Origin: Candidatus Nanohaloarchaea archaeon
GTDB lineage: Archaea; Nanohalarchaeota; Nanosalinia; Nanosalinales; Nanosalinaceae
Direction of reading: 5' to 3'
NCBI GenBank assembly: GCA_013343275.1
Contig: CP046106.1
Span: 851,887-915,886 of the forward strand
DNA: 64,000 nt
Positions 50,184 to 60,758 of the stretch are shown piece by piece. The notes beneath the pieces were generated by a model, which saw nothing but the letters and a program-made list of their open reading frames with translations, had not been told where the DNA came from and did no database searches. Position numbers and translations under genes: made by a program. Position 1 is the first letter of the stretch. Each line of letters opens with the position of its first letter.

Positions 50184-51326
50184 ATGCTACAGGTATTCCA
50201 GGAATACGAGATAAGCCAGATATACGCATACGAGTTCCTGCAGAAGATGGCTCTAGGCCTAATTAGCATCTTCATGCCTATCTACATTCTCCAGACATCT
50301 CTAGGCCTTTCCTGGGCATTCAACTTCCTGATTGTAGAGTATGGGGCAATGATGCTGCTATCATTCCCGATATCGTACGTTATAGCAAAGATAGGTTTCA
50401 AGCACAGCCTGGTTGTATCATACTTTTTCTACCTTCCCGCTATACTATCTCTAAGAGTCTTCACAGTAACACCTAAAGTAGTTATTTTATCGGGGGCCTT
50501 GATGGCCTTCGGGAAGTCATTCCATTGGCTGGCACTACATGCCGAGTTCGCAGTTGACTCTCAGAGCAAGACGAGAGGCAAACAGACCGGAAGAATGCTT
50601 GGACTGCCGAGAATAGCACGGGCCCTGGCACCTGCAATCGGAGGTGCACTAATGGCCTACGTAGGATTCGGATCTCTCGTCGCTGTATCAATATTTTTCC
50701 TGGGGCTGTCAGCAATTCCTTTGATGGCTTCCAGGGATCACAGGGATCCTATGAGCTACTCTCTTCGAGGCCTTCTTGAGAGAAAACATGCAGTGCTGGG
50801 TTCGCTCTTCATTTTGAGAGGTGTCGGATCTGCTACCGGAAAGTACCTCTTCCCGATATATGTTTTCTTCATAGCCAGCGGTTCTCTGGATGCTGGAATA
50901 GTGGGATCGTTGGTGAATCTGGGCTCAGTTGTGTTTGCGTTATCGATTGGCCATATGACTGACAGGGTAAATGAGAAGAAACTGATAGTAGCTGGCACAG
51001 TGCTTTCCGCCGCCCTTTTCTCAGCTCGTGCACTGGTTGGAACTGCCTTGCAGGCATACATTGTGTCCTTCTCCGCTGGCCTGATCATGATGATATACTT
51101 CATACCAGTATTCTCGGACCTCACCGACCTGGCAGAAAAAGAAGACGTACTGGAATTCTACGCATTCAGAGAAATATTCCTGGGAATAGGCCGTGTAGCA
51201 ACACTGATAGTAGGCCTCTACCTGATCAACGGCTCACAGCTGACAGCACTGAGAACCACGTTCCACATAGCCGCAGCCGCAACACTACTCATAACATTCT
51301 ACGCAGGCTGGCTCTCTAGGAAATAA
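50184..51326 (+). CDS. MFS transporter
   Basis: About 12 TM; paralog of the next gene. Confidence 0.85.
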   Translation: MLQVFQEYEISQIYAYEFLQKMALGLISIFMPIYILQTSLGLSWAFNFLIVEYGAMMLLSFPISYVIAKIGFKHSLVVSYFFYLPAILSLRVFTVTPKVVILSGALMAFGKSFHWLALHAEFAVDSQSKTRGKQTGRMLGLPRIARALAPAIGGALMAYVGFGSLVAVSIFFLGLSAIPLMASRDHRDPMSYSLRGLLERKHAVLGSLFILRGVGSATGKYLFPIYVFFIASGSLDAGIVGSLVNLGSVVFALSIGHMTDRVNEKKLIVAGTVLSAALFSARALVGTALQAYIVSFSAGLIMMIYFIPVFSDLTDLAEKEDVLEFYAFREIFLGIGRVATLIVGLYLINGSQLTALRTTFHIAAAATLLITFYAGWLSRK

Positions 51327-51365
51327 AAACCAGGTGATCGCAAACACTGTTACAAGGGGATTTAG

Positions 51366-52550
51366 ATGCACAGCATGCTGGGAAGATTCCGGGCCGTAGA
51401 AGTAGACCAGATATACGCATACGAACTGCTTCACAGATTCGTACTAAGCCTGATAGGAATATTCATCCCGATCTACATAGCAACCAATGGCATGCAGATA
51501 AACTGGGTGTTCAACTACATACTGATCGCAACAGCAGCATTTGCCGCAGCATGTATACCAGCCTCCTATGTAATAGCGAATATAGGGTTCAAACACAGTC
51601 TGATAGCATCCTACTTCTTCTACATGCCAGCATTCCTCGCGCTGAGAACCTACTCTCTATCACCAACACTTGTAGTAGCTGCGGCAATAGCATACGGCTT
51701 CGGAAACGCATTCCACTGGATATCACTACACGCAGAGTTCGCAACAGACACAGAACAGGAAGGAAGAGGAAGCGCATCCGGAAAACTGATAGGCCTACCG
51801 AAGATCAGCCAGACGATCGCACCGCTTGCAGGAGGAGCAATAATGGCTGCCTTCGGATTCCACGCACTGGTCTCTACATCAATTGGAATACTGATACTGT
51901 CCGCAATACCACTATTCGCATCAAAAGACCATCGAGACCCGCTAGAGTACGACCTGAAATCACTGTTCGACAGCGAACACAGAAAGTTCGCAGGACTGTT
52001 CCTGCTCAGAGGAGCTGACATCGCAGCCGCAGCAATACTGTTCCCGCTGTTTGTTTTCTACATAGTAGGCGGAGAGGTAAGTGCGGGCGGTGCCAAAAGC
52101 ATAGCTTCGCTGGGATCAATAGTGTTTGCATTGACTATAGGCCGGATAACCGGAAGATTTGGCAAGAAAAAATTGATGGCCTCCGGACTCCTGCTGGCTT
52201 CAATCTTCTATATTTCACGTGCGTTCGTCCAGACAGCTACGCAGGCCTTTGCAGTATCTTTCTTCGCTGGCCTGTTCTTTATGATGTATTATGTGCCGCT
52301 GTACTCTATCTATGCTGATGTTGCGGAGGACGAGGATATACTGGAGTTCTACGCTTTCAGAGAGTTCTTCCTTAACATCGGAAAACTGGTTACGTATGGT
52401 ATAGCAACGTTCTTTGTACTGAATTATTCTGTTAGAACTGGTTTCATGGCTGCGTTCGTGTACGCAACTGTGGCTACAGTTGGTATAGTTGGTTATGTAA
52501 GCTGGATTGAAGAAGAGGACGAAGAGAGAAAAAGGGAGGATGTGGATTAA
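51366..52550 (+). CDS. MFS transporter
   Basis: About 12 TM; shares IGFKHSL, FHW..LHAEFA, DHRDP, LEFYAFRE with the upstream paralog. Confidence 0.85.
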   Translation: MHSMLGRFRAVEVDQIYAYELLHRFVLSLIGIFIPIYIATNGMQINWVFNYILIATAAFAAACIPASYVIANIGFKHSLIASYFFYMPAFLALRTYSLSPTLVVAAAIAYGFGNAFHWISLHAEFATDTEQEGRGSASGKLIGLPKISQTIAPLAGGAIMAAFGFHALVSTSIGILILSAIPLFASKDHRDPLEYDLKSLFDSEHRKFAGLFLLRGADIAAAAILFPLFVFYIVGGEVSAGGAKSIASLGSIVFALTIGRITGRFGKKKLMASGLLLASIFYISRAFVQTATQAFAVSFFAGLFFMMYYVPLYSIYADVAEDEDILEFYAFREFFLNIGKLVTYGIATFFVLNYSVRTGFMAAFVYATVATVGIVGYVSWIEEEDEERKREDVD

Positions 52551-52747
52551 GTAATTTTGTGTTCTGCGACTTCGTCGATGGTATCGACGTGGCCGATGAA
52601 CATTGTTCTGCAGCAGTACTTCTCGACTCCTAGATCGTCAAGAACTTCTCCTGGATCCTCTCCTTCTTCCTCTGTACGTTCTTCGTATTCCTCCCAGTGC
52701 TGGCTTATAACTTTGCCGCAGCTGAGACATCTGACTGGAAATTGCAT
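52547..52747 (-). CDS. rpoN: RNA polymerase subunit Rpo10 (N)
   Basis: PVRCLSCGK...KYCCR. Confidence 0.96.
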   Translation of the reverse strand: MQFPVRCLSCGKVISQHWEEYEERTEEEGEDPGEVLDDLGVEKYCCRTMFIGHVDTIDEVAEHKIT

Positions 52748-52792
52748 TGTTGTATTGACACCTCTTGAAAGAGAGCAGAAAAAGGTACCGGG

Positions 52793-53194
52793 TTAACGGT
52801 AGGATTTCTGCTGTTTGTGACGAGCTCCTTTGCTCGACTGGCTTGGTTTTCTTGTCTCGGTTCTACGTGGATCCTCGACAATCATGTTTCTGTCGTAGTC
52901 TCTGAAGTCTCTCTCGAGGTCATCGCTACCGGTGTACTCTACAAGGCCTCTGGCAATCGCCATTCTGATTGCTTCTGCCTGTCCCTGGATTCCGCCTCCT
53001 TCACTGGAGACTTCGATATCCAGGTCTCCGTAGATTTCTTCTCCTGCGATGATGAGAGGCTCCTTTACTCTCTCCTTGATAGCCTTCTGCTGAACATGCA
53101 GAGGCCGGGAGTTGATACGTAGGGTGCCTTCTCCTTCTTCAACTGTTGCACGTGCCTTTGCGGTCTTACGTTTTCCTGTGCTTGTAACTGTCAT
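52793..53194 (-). CDS. rps9: 30S ribosomal protein S9
   Basis: GKRKTAKARA, GGGIQGQAEA, QKSYR. Confidence 0.97.
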   Translation of the reverse strand: MTVTSTGKRKTAKARATVEEGEGTLRINSRPLHVQQKAIKERVKEPLIIAGEEIYGDLDIEVSSEGGGIQGQAEAIRMAIARGLVEYTGSDDLERDFRDYDRNMIVEDPRRTETRKPSQSSKGARHKQQKSYR

Positions 53195-53637
53195 TATTGA
53201 TTAACACCCCGTTTTCCTTTCCATCCAATATGTTTGGATACTCTGCCAAGCTTTACATAATTCCTGTTCAACAGGTCGTCTCCTTCCTTAACGTCAACTT
53301 CCTCGTAGTCCTCAAATTCCTCTGGGACGTCAAGGTAGGTTCTGACGTTGTCAAGTGCGTCTCTTCCGGAAGGATTGCTTGGAAGCATTCCTTTAACGGT
53401 GCGCTTAAGGATCTTGTCGGGTCTCTTCGGGAAGTAAGGGCCTCTGTCTCGTGCTCCACGGTCCTTCTTCTGCTTGTAATCTGCTAGTACCTTGTCCTGG
53501 TCTCCTGAGATTACTGCGTCCTCTGATTTAACTACTCTTACAGTCTCGCCGTCCTTCGCCATGGAAGCGATCTCTGATGCGAGACGGCCTAGAATCTTTC
53601 CTTCAGCGCTGATAACTTTCATTTCTTCGTCGCTCAT
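53194..53637 (-). CDS. rpl13: 50S ribosomal protein L13
   Basis: ILGRLAS, GPYFPKRPD, VKGMLP. Confidence 0.96.
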   Translation of the reverse strand: MSDEEMKVISAEGKILGRLASEIASMAKDGETVRVVKSEDAVISGDQDKVLADYKQKKDRGARDRGPYFPKRPDKILKRTVKGMLPSNPSGRDALDNVRTYLDVPEEFEDYEEVDVKEGDDLLNRNYVKLGRVSKHIGWKGKRGVNQ

Positions 53638-53984
53638 TTTACAATTCTCACCTCTGTTCCTTCAGGGTTGTCCTCAACAAGATCACGGATGAACATGAAG
53701 TCTCCGGACTCGCTGATCTTCTTCTTAGCTCCTGTACTGGCCTGGAAAGCTGCGACATCGACATCTGTGTCAAGTCGGCCTGTTCCAAGAACCTTGCCAG
53801 GAACTACGACTGTGTCGCCGTCTTCAGCAACACGGTCGATATCAGAAATATTTACTTCTGCCCGTTTACGATTAACTTTTCCAAGATTTTCTGCTACCTG
53901 ATTCCAGATAGCGGCGTCCTGCTCCTCAAGAAACTCAATTGTCTCAAGGAGTACACTGTTTGAAGGGTCTGCGTTCTTATCCAT
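53634..53984 (-). CDS. rpl18e: 50S ribosomal protein L18e
   Basis: EVNISDI, VVVPGKVLGTG. Confidence 0.95.
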   Translation of the reverse strand: MDKNADPSNSVLLETIEFLEEQDAAIWNQVAENLGKVNRKRAEVNISDIDRVAEDGDTVVVPGKVLGTGRLDTDVDVAAFQASTGAKKKISESGDFMFIRDLVEDNPEGTEVRIVK

Positions 53985-54086
53985 TGTTTAATACACCTCG
54001 CGGCCTTTACCTGTACTCCAGCCACAAAAGCTGGCGCCACTTCTCGGTATCACAACAAACAGGAAACAAACTTTATAAATCAGGTT

Positions 54087-54605
54087 TCACTGTTTATTGG
54101 CTCTTGGATCAGGAACCTCCTTGAAACAGTCAACGAAGTCAATCCTGTACCGGTTGTCAAGATATTCAACCATGTTTCTACCTCCTACAGGCTGATCCAT
54201 CTGCTGGAAAACCTCACGGTAAACGCCTTCGGCCTCACGATAGTTCTCAAGGAACTCCTCCTCGTAGATACTATCTGAAACCTCGGTGTCGCCAGGCCCG
54301 GCAATACTTCTCTCAACTTCACGAGCCCTCTCAATCTCCCTGCCCAGCTCTTCAACGGCCTCAGGGATCTCAAGAGCCATAGCAGTAACAAGTTCCTCGT
54401 CAAGGCCTTCATCATCAATACCTCTGTTATCAAGATTTCTTCTATCCATGGCCTTCTGGTAGGTCGAGTTAACAAGTTCTCTGACTTCTTCGGCCTGTTC
54501 AACAAGATCTTTGCTGTAGCCTGGTTCCGGGTTTATAGTTTCGTCGCCGCTCGGTAGCTCAAGAATATCATCACTGCTCGGAAGTGCAGGAGGTTCTTCT
54601 GCCAT
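54087..54605 (-). CDS. hypothetical acidic protein
   Basis: 172-aa ORF. Confidence 0.7.
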   Translation of the reverse strand: MAEEPPALPSSDDILELPSGDETINPEPGYSKDLVEQAEEVRELVNSTYQKAMDRRNLDNRGIDDEGLDEELVTAMALEIPEAVEELGREIERAREVERSIAGPGDTEVSDSIYEEEFLENYREAEGVYREVFQQMDQPVGGRNMVEYLDNRYRIDFVDCFKEVPDPRANKQ

Positions 54606-54651
54606 AAACAGTTGTACTTGAGAATAACTGTTTTAACTCTAACGTAACACT

Positions 54652-55044
54652 CTACTTCTTCTGCTTTATCTCAACCACATAACCAAAAGGATCCTCTACG
54701 TAAACTGCAGGAGCACGGCCTTCAGAACCCAGAGGAGTGCTCTCACGTAAAACCTCGTAACCTTTCTCTCCGGCCTCAGATCTCACATCATCCACATCTC
54801 TATCCACTACAATACAGAAATGATCGAGGTTGGAGCCACTAGGCCTCTCAAAATCACCTACCGGTCTCAAATTAATCAACTGGCCGGAATCAAGCTTCAC
54901 GAAAAAAGAAGTTCTATCACCGCTACGGTAATCCTCAAGCATGAACGGGGTTAAACCCAGGAAATCACGGTAAAAACCAAGAGCCTCATCAACCCGGGAC
55001 TCAGGGATACGAATATTGATATGATCGATAAAACTGGAGGACAT
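54652..55044 (-). CDS. VOC/glyoxalase family protein
   Basis: IDHINI, FYRDFLG, DHFCI, YVEDPFGYVVE. Confidence 0.88.
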   Translation of the reverse strand: MSSSFIDHINIRIPESRVDEALGFYRDFLGLTPFMLEDYRSGDRTSFFVKLDSGQLINLRPVGDFERPSGSNLDHFCIVVDRDVDDVRSEAGEKGYEVLRESTPLGSEGRAPAVYVEDPFGYVVEIKQKK

Positions 55045-55083
55045 ACAGAAAAACAGTCTAACTACACTGAAATATGTTTTTGA

Positions 55084-55119
55084 ATAAAAAGAAGAGAAGA
55101 GAGGCCTGTGAAAGGCCTC
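55084..55119 (-). terminator. putative terminator of S-layer gene
   Basis: GAGGCCT-N5-AGGCCTC hairpin followed by a pyrimidine/U tract on the minus strand. Confidence 0.55.
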
Positions 55120-55125
55120 GGAAAT

Positions 55126-58100
55126 TTACTGTACTAGTTCTCCGGTGTTGGTGTTGACCTGTGCAGTTGTCTTGCCTTCGAGAGCTGTATCCTGCTCTCC
55201 GTAACTGGCCAGGTAGTCTGCTGCAGCGCTTGTGTCTTCAGCATTCCAGCCAGCGACAACCAGTGCATGATGGTTGTTGAACGCATCATTCACAAGGTCC
55301 AGCACTCCAACATCCTTGTTGTTCTCGTACTGAGTGCTGTTCCAGGTCTTACCTGCCTCAGCCAGGTCCTTGGTGAGATCGTTCACCAGTGGACCTCCAA
55401 CCAGGACAAGGTTCTGATCCTTCGAGGCTTCTGTATCCAGCTTGGCGCTGTCAGCAGGCCATCCAGTAGGAGACATAACCTCTCCATCACTGGAACCTTC
55501 ACCAACAGAACCAAAGGCCGTCAACTGCTGCCTCCGCTCATCAGGATAAACCATCGAAGCAGACGAATCACTCGAAAGCTCAACAGCTGAACCCCAGTTA
55601 GTCAAAGTGGAGTCGCCGTCTTCAGTGTCGGAAAGTGTAGGGGCTGCTCCACTGAAGGTTACCTGGTTAAGGTTTCCAGAGTTGTAGTCAACAGTAGCTG
55701 TTGCTCCATTTTCTTCTTCAACTACTGTAGAGCTACCTGTCCATCGGATCTTTGCACCGTACTCCGTATTAAGCTCGGAGTCAGTGCTGGCAAGGACAAG
55801 ATCTTCTCCTGAGTTGGCTCCTACATTACTGGAGAAGTCTGCGTCTACAGTAAATCCATATCCAGTAGTCCAGACGTTGGAGTTTCCGACCGTGATAGTC
55901 TCTTCAAACTGCTGGTAGCTGAGAGTTGCCTCATCACTACTGTCATCAAACTCTACCTTCAGAGGATAACCGTTGATATCGGTGTAGACCTCCTTATCGC
56001 CCTGTCCGTTCTCAACGATCCCAGCACCGTTACCTCCAGAAACAGTGTTGGTAATTACTACATCGGTACTGCTACTGAAGACATCGTTACCATCAACATC
56101 TCTGACAATTGCATCACCATCTGTGTAAATGCCGCTAGTAGTGTGCTTGATGTCTGATGCGAAATTGTTCAGGATTGATCCATCGAGAGTCACCTCTGAA
56201 TCGGTGGTTCTCGTGACCTCAAGGACATCGTCTCCGTGATCGAATTCTCCGCTTACCGTACCGGCATCATCTACGAAGACGAACCCAGAACTTCCCTGGC
56301 TTTTCGCTGGAGCACTGATCGTGTTCAGACCAGCAACTCCTGATGTAAGGACCTTGTCATCGTTTGTGCCATCAAGGACCCCCGTCTGAGATAGACCGTT
56401 ATTACTGCTGTCCCTAATTATCGCCTCTCCATCATCGTAACCGTTTGCATTGTCCGCGTTCACGAATCTAGTAGTGGTAGGGAATCCTGTGATGTCCGCA
56501 AGACCTGACAGGATAACTGTGTCGCCTGTATCAAGAGATCCGTCACTGGTTCTCACTATAGCTTCTCTACCGCTAGCCGTGGACCCTGGCATGTAGTTAC
56601 TGTCGTGATTGCTGTCTAACACGTTGACGTTGTCTCCAGAGGCGAAGTTCGTCAGCCCATCGGCTCCGTGGTCTTCGTCGTCCGAGGAAACAGTACCGGC
56701 AGATTCGGTTGCTGTCCAGCCAGTGAGGCGGACATCCCCTGCCGCGTTGTCACCCGTGCCGCGTGCGAGAGTACCGTCAACACTCGGCATTTCAATGTAG
56801 ACGCCGTCTTTCAGAGGTGCGGAACTCATTCCTCCTGAATTGTCTGCGTCCCAGAATCTAACTTCAGCGTTTGTTGCCGTGTTGAAAGTAGTTACGTCAC
56901 CTGTACTAGGGCCGCTCACTGAAGGGCCTGCAATCAGAACCTCTGTTCCTGTTGTTGTACCACCACCAGCCGGATCGATAACTACGTTATCTCCGTTATC
57001 TCCGTCGTAGGCGTTGTCTCCATCCCCTTTCTGGTTGTCGAATCCGATTACTGGATTAAAGCCTGTCGAGCCGGAAGGATCCAGAGTCACACCAATTGCT
57101 CCATCGCCAGACTCTGCCTGTTCTCCCTCGTTGACTCCAGATACATCTCCTCCAGAGTCGTAAATCAGTACATCGCCTGCCGATACAGCTCCACTGCCAT
57201 CGACGTCGTACCATATATCGTCGTTGTCTGCAGGATCCCAGCCATCTGTGTTCGTAGTGTCATCCTTCAATGCGAACTGACCAGGATTGTTGAACCCTGT
57301 ATTGGTGGTTGAGAAGGTTTTTACTGTCTCACCGTCGTCATTGTTCGCGGCTCCTGTTCCGATCAACTCGGCGGTTGGTAGGTTAAGCTCTATGTTACCC
57401 TGGCTACTGTCAGATGTTGCGATTACTGTAACCTGCTGTAGCCTTGTGTCGTCTGTTTCCACAGTTGCTGCGGTGTCATCTCCTCTGTCATAGATGAACT
57501 CATTGTTGTCGGAGTCGAAGTCTCCAGCAGTTCCACCGTCTACTTCATCAATAAATCCTATGTTTGTTCCACCTGCGGCTTGGAAATCTGGTGTTCCGCT
57601 GGTGATCACATCGCTGGCTGCCTCAATCACGCTGTCTCCGCTTGAGCTGATGACAACTTCTCCGTCTTCATATCCATTGCTATTGCCTGAATCATCCATG
57701 AACTTGACGCTAGAGGCGAAATCTGTGATACCAGCATCCCCAGTAAGCTCTACTACATCCGATGATTCAAGTGTGGAGTCATCTCCGTTTGGATCCCGGA
57801 TAACAGCGTCAGTGTCGTCGAAGCTCGGGCTTGAGGCCACATCCACGTAACGGGTCTTGGTGAAGTCTTGGGCGGTCTTTCCTCCTAAGTCGGCCTGATT
57901 GCTACTATCCCTCTTTCTCGTTATGGATAGGATGTCGTCCCCGTCCTCGTAAGTACCTGAGTTAGATCCACCATCGTCCACGAACATTGTTGGTGTTGAA
58001 GTACTTCCGTCATCGAACGCAAATAGTTGTGCGCTACCACTTGCTGTAACCTTGCTGATGTCGAGGCTGTGTTCGAAGTGGTTTTTGTCGGTGTATGTTA

Positions 58101-59238
58101 CTTCGTAGTCTTGGCCGAATTCGATGGTGTTGGTTGCTTTGTTCTGTAGGCCTTGGTTGGTGACTGTGAAGTAGCTGTCTGGGCCTTCGAAGCTTTCTCC
58201 TGCTTCGAGTGGTGCTACTTCGTCTTCGTCCTCTGGGTCTTCTACTGTTTTGACCTTGTTGGCGAGTGTGATTGACTGGAGTGAGTTGGTTCCTGTTGTG
58301 GAGATTCCGAGGCCGCTGACTTTGTAGCGGTCGTCCATAGGGAACTCTTCTCCGCTCTCCAGTGTAGTATCTGTGTATGTGGATTCGAGTGTGATGTCTG
58401 TCCTGTTATCTGCGTAGAAGATCACGCTTTCTGCTGATACTGTGAACTGGTCGTCGTTTCCGACTGTCAGTTCTTCTCCTTCTGCAAGGGCCTTGGTGTC
58501 AAGTACTTCCTCCTCCTTGCTGATTCTTACTGCGACTTCTGCAGGATCTGAAGTGGTTTTACCTGTTACCTCTACTGTGTACGGTCCGTGTGTGAAGCTG
58601 TCTCCTACCTCGACGCTTTGAGTCATTGAGGAGCCGAGCTCTACCTGCCCGCTCTCCACACTTGTCAACTCGTATTCCTCTCCGAGAAGTGTGATTGTAT
58701 CGTTAACTGAGAAGCCAGGACTGTACTTTACACTGTAAGTAATATCTCCTGAACTGAAATGTACCTGGGCCTCCGTCTCATTTACCTGTGAGTCAACGTT
58801 GAAGTCTGCGGATTCCGTAACAAATACATCGTTTCCATCATCGTCTTCAACTGTCTTCCTGACGAATCCTGTGTAGTCGGATGCATCGATTGATACGTCG
58901 ATACTGCTCCTGATATCTGTCTCTGTCTGCTCTCCGTTTACTGCTCCTGCTGTTCCCTCTACTGTTTCGGAGCTGAAAGCTGAATTACCCAGGCTTCCGG
59001 CAATATCGATTGCTGAAACAACATCGGCCTGTTTACCGTCGCTTCCTACTACGATACTTGCATCCAGCACACCGTTGTCATTTACAAACGGCTGAGGATA
59101 GTCTCCGAGAGTGTAGCCAGAACCGTTATCAGAGGTTTGAGCAGATACTGCTGCAGCACCGGTAAGGGTCGCACCAACCAGAAGTGCAGAACCAGCTACC
59201 GCTTTTCCATAAGACTTCAACTTCTTAATCTTCTTCAT
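55126..59238 (-). CDS. S-layer protein with large Asp/Gly-rich repeat insertion
   Basis: MKKIKK signal, DYPQPFV..IVVG..DVVSAIDIA N-domain and NLVLVGGPLVN..ALVVAG C-domain of Methanococcus-type S-layer proteins. Confidence 0.85.
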   Translation of the reverse strand: MKKIKKLKSYGKAVAGSALLVGATLTGAAAVSAQTSDNGSGYTLGDYPQPFVNDNGVLDASIVVGSDGKQADVVSAIDIAGSLGNSAFSSETVEGTAGAVNGEQTETDIRSSIDVSIDASDYTGFVRKTVEDDDGNDVFVTESADFNVDSQVNETEAQVHFSSGDITYSVKYSPGFSVNDTITLLGEEYELTSVESGQVELGSSMTQSVEVGDSFTHGPYTVEVTGKTTSDPAEVAVRISKEEEVLDTKALAEGEELTVGNDDQFTVSAESVIFYADNRTDITLESTYTDTTLESGEEFPMDDRYKVSGLGISTTGTNSLQSITLANKVKTVEDPEDEDEVAPLEAGESFEGPDSYFTVTNQGLQNKATNTIEFGQDYEVTYTDKNHFEHSLDISKVTASGSAQLFAFDDGSTSTPTMFVDDGGSNSGTYEDGDDILSITRKRDSSNQADLGGKTAQDFTKTRYVDVASSPSFDDTDAVIRDPNGDDSTLESSDVVELTGDAGITDFASSVKFMDDSGNSNGYEDGEVVISSSGDSVIEAASDVITSGTPDFQAAGGTNIGFIDEVDGGTAGDFDSDNNEFIYDRGDDTAATVETDDTRLQQVTVIATSDSSQGNIELNLPTAELIGTGAANNDDGETVKTFSTTNTGFNNPGQFALKDDTTNTDGWDPADNDDIWYDVDGSGAVSAGDVLIYDSGGDVSGVNEGEQAESGDGAIGVTLDPSGSTGFNPVIGFDNQKGDGDNAYDGDNGDNVVIDPAGGGTTTGTEVLIAGPSVSGPSTGDVTTFNTATNAEVRFWDADNSGGMSSAPLKDGVYIEMPSVDGTLARGTGDNAAGDVRLTGWTATESAGTVSSDDEDHGADGLTNFASGDNVNVLDSNHDSNYMPGSTASGREAIVRTSDGSLDTGDTVILSGLADITGFPTTTRFVNADNANGYDDGEAIIRDSSNNGLSQTGVLDGTNDDKVLTSGVAGLNTISAPAKSQGSSGFVFVDDAGTVSGEFDHGDDVLEVTRTTDSEVTLDGSILNNFASDIKHTTSGIYTDGDAIVRDVDGNDVFSSSTDVVITNTVSGGNGAGIVENGQGDKEVYTDINGYPLKVEFDDSSDEATLSYQQFEETITVGNSNVWTTGYGFTVDADFSSNVGANSGEDLVLASTDSELNTEYGAKIRWTGSSTVVEEENGATATVDYNSGNLNQVTFSGAAPTLSDTEDGDSTLTNWGSAVELSSDSSASMVYPDERRQQLTAFGSVGEGSSDGEVMSPTGWPADSAKLDTEASKDQNLVLVGGPLVNDLTKDLAEAGKTWNSTQYENNKDVGVLDLVNDAFNNHHALVVAGWNAEDTSAAADYLASYGEQDTALEGKTTAQVNTNTGELVQ

Positions 59239-59450
59239 TTTACAGTTACACCTGAATTTGTATAGAGATACACAGTTATTCAATACTCAGGCCTGATTAA
59301 AAAGATTCAACATACCCAAGTCGAGGGTATAACGTAGAGAATAATACGAAATACACTTTTTTGGGAAAATTACGCAGTAACTTCCTGACATCCCTGTTAT
59401 GGTAACGTAAGGCCTCTTCCATATCTACTTCCCCATTAATGGAGGCCGGA

Positions 59451-60722
59451 TTATGTTAATTCTTCCAGCTGGTAGAGGAACTTGGTGTAGGGTATGAACT
59501 CTACCTGTGTGTTTTCTATCTCCACTGTTTCTTCAAGTGAGAGGTTGACTACTACTGCTTTTTCTGGACTGTATTTTTTGATGAAGCTCCGCATTGATTT
59601 AGTAACTTTTGGTTCGCTTAGTTCTCTGTACTTTGCTTCTACAGGTAGTTCAACCTTGTTTCCTGCAGACAGAATGAAGTCGACCTCTGCTTGTGACTTT
59701 GTTCTCCAGTAATTCACGTTGAGGCCTGTGTGCTGTGTCTCTTGCTTCAGGAAGTTATGGATGAAGCCTTCGAACAGTTCTCCGAACTCGGAAGGTGTAT
59801 TCAAGTGTCCGAACCTCTGGATACTGTAGTTCCTGAGCCCTAGGTCTGAGAAGTAAACTATAGGCGATTTCGTGATTTCTTTCTTCTTATTGGTGTAGAA
59901 AGGATTGGTCTGTTCTACGATGAAGGTCTTGTCCAGGTAGTCCAGGTAGTTTCTAACAGTCGTTGATTTTACTCCGACATCTCTTGCCAGTTTTGAATTA
60001 CTGATCGGATCACCCATCTGGTCGGCAAGAACAGAGACTAGTTTGGAGTAAGCGTCCACTTTTCGGACATTCAGGAAGCTGGAAACATCTCTTTCCAGGT
60101 AACTGGAAAATATTTCGTCGATTATTCTGCGTTTTTCGCTTTCCTTCTGTTCTGTGACTACACGGGGGTAGCCGCCGTAGTTCAAGTACTTTTCCAGTAA
60201 GCGATCTGTCTCGTCTTTGTTAACTTCGAAGTATTTCTCAAGTCTTTCCTCGTACTCGTAGTCGGTCTCATAGTTGACGAACTCTTTGAAGGAGACTGGC
60301 GCTAGTTCGAAGACTCTTTTCCGTCCTGCCAGTGTTTCGTGGATGTTTTCCTTCAGTTCCAGGCTACCTGAACCTGAAACTACAAACTTGTATGGCAGGT
60401 CTCTGTCGTAAATCCCTTTCAGGAACAGCCCTGCGTTTTCTTTTCTCTGGATCTCATCAAGAAAAACGTATCCCTTCTCTTCTCCGAACTCCAGTTCAAC
60501 TCTTTCGATCAAGTCCTGCTGAGATTCAAAATGTGTCCTGTCCTCCTGTATATCCATACTGAGGAAGAGAGTATTTTCTCCGTTTTCCTTCAGTTGTGAT
60601 CTAAGCTCCTGCATCAAAGTCGTCTTACCGACCTGTCTTGCACCTACAATCAGCGAAATTTCATCTTTTTCCAGATGGTCTTCCACCTTCTCCAGCATCT
60701 CCCTTTTAATATAATCGGTCAT
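59451..60722 (-). CDS. AAA+ ATPase (AAA_14 plus DUF4143)
   Basis: GARQVGKTT, LDEIQ, SGSGS, GGYP, EVDF...EAKY. Confidence 0.9.
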   Translation of the reverse strand: MTDYIKREMLEKVEDHLEKDEISLIVGARQVGKTTLMQELRSQLKENGENTLFLSMDIQEDRTHFESQQDLIERVELEFGEEKGYVFLDEIQRKENAGLFLKGIYDRDLPYKFVVSGSGSLELKENIHETLAGRKRVFELAPVSFKEFVNYETDYEYEERLEKYFEVNKDETDRLLEKYLNYGGYPRVVTEQKESEKRRIIDEIFSSYLERDVSSFLNVRKVDAYSKLVSVLADQMGDPISNSKLARDVGVKSTTVRNYLDYLDKTFIVEQTNPFYTNKKKEITKSPIVYFSDLGLRNYSIQRFGHLNTPSEFGELFEGFIHNFLKQETQHTGLNVNYWRTKSQAEVDFILSAGNKVELPVEAKYRELSEPKVTKSMRSFIKKYSPEKAVVVNLSLEETVEIENTQVEFIPYTKFLYQLEELT

Positions 60723-60758
60723 ACTGACTATTGCCCTAAGAAGACTTAAACATCTAAC

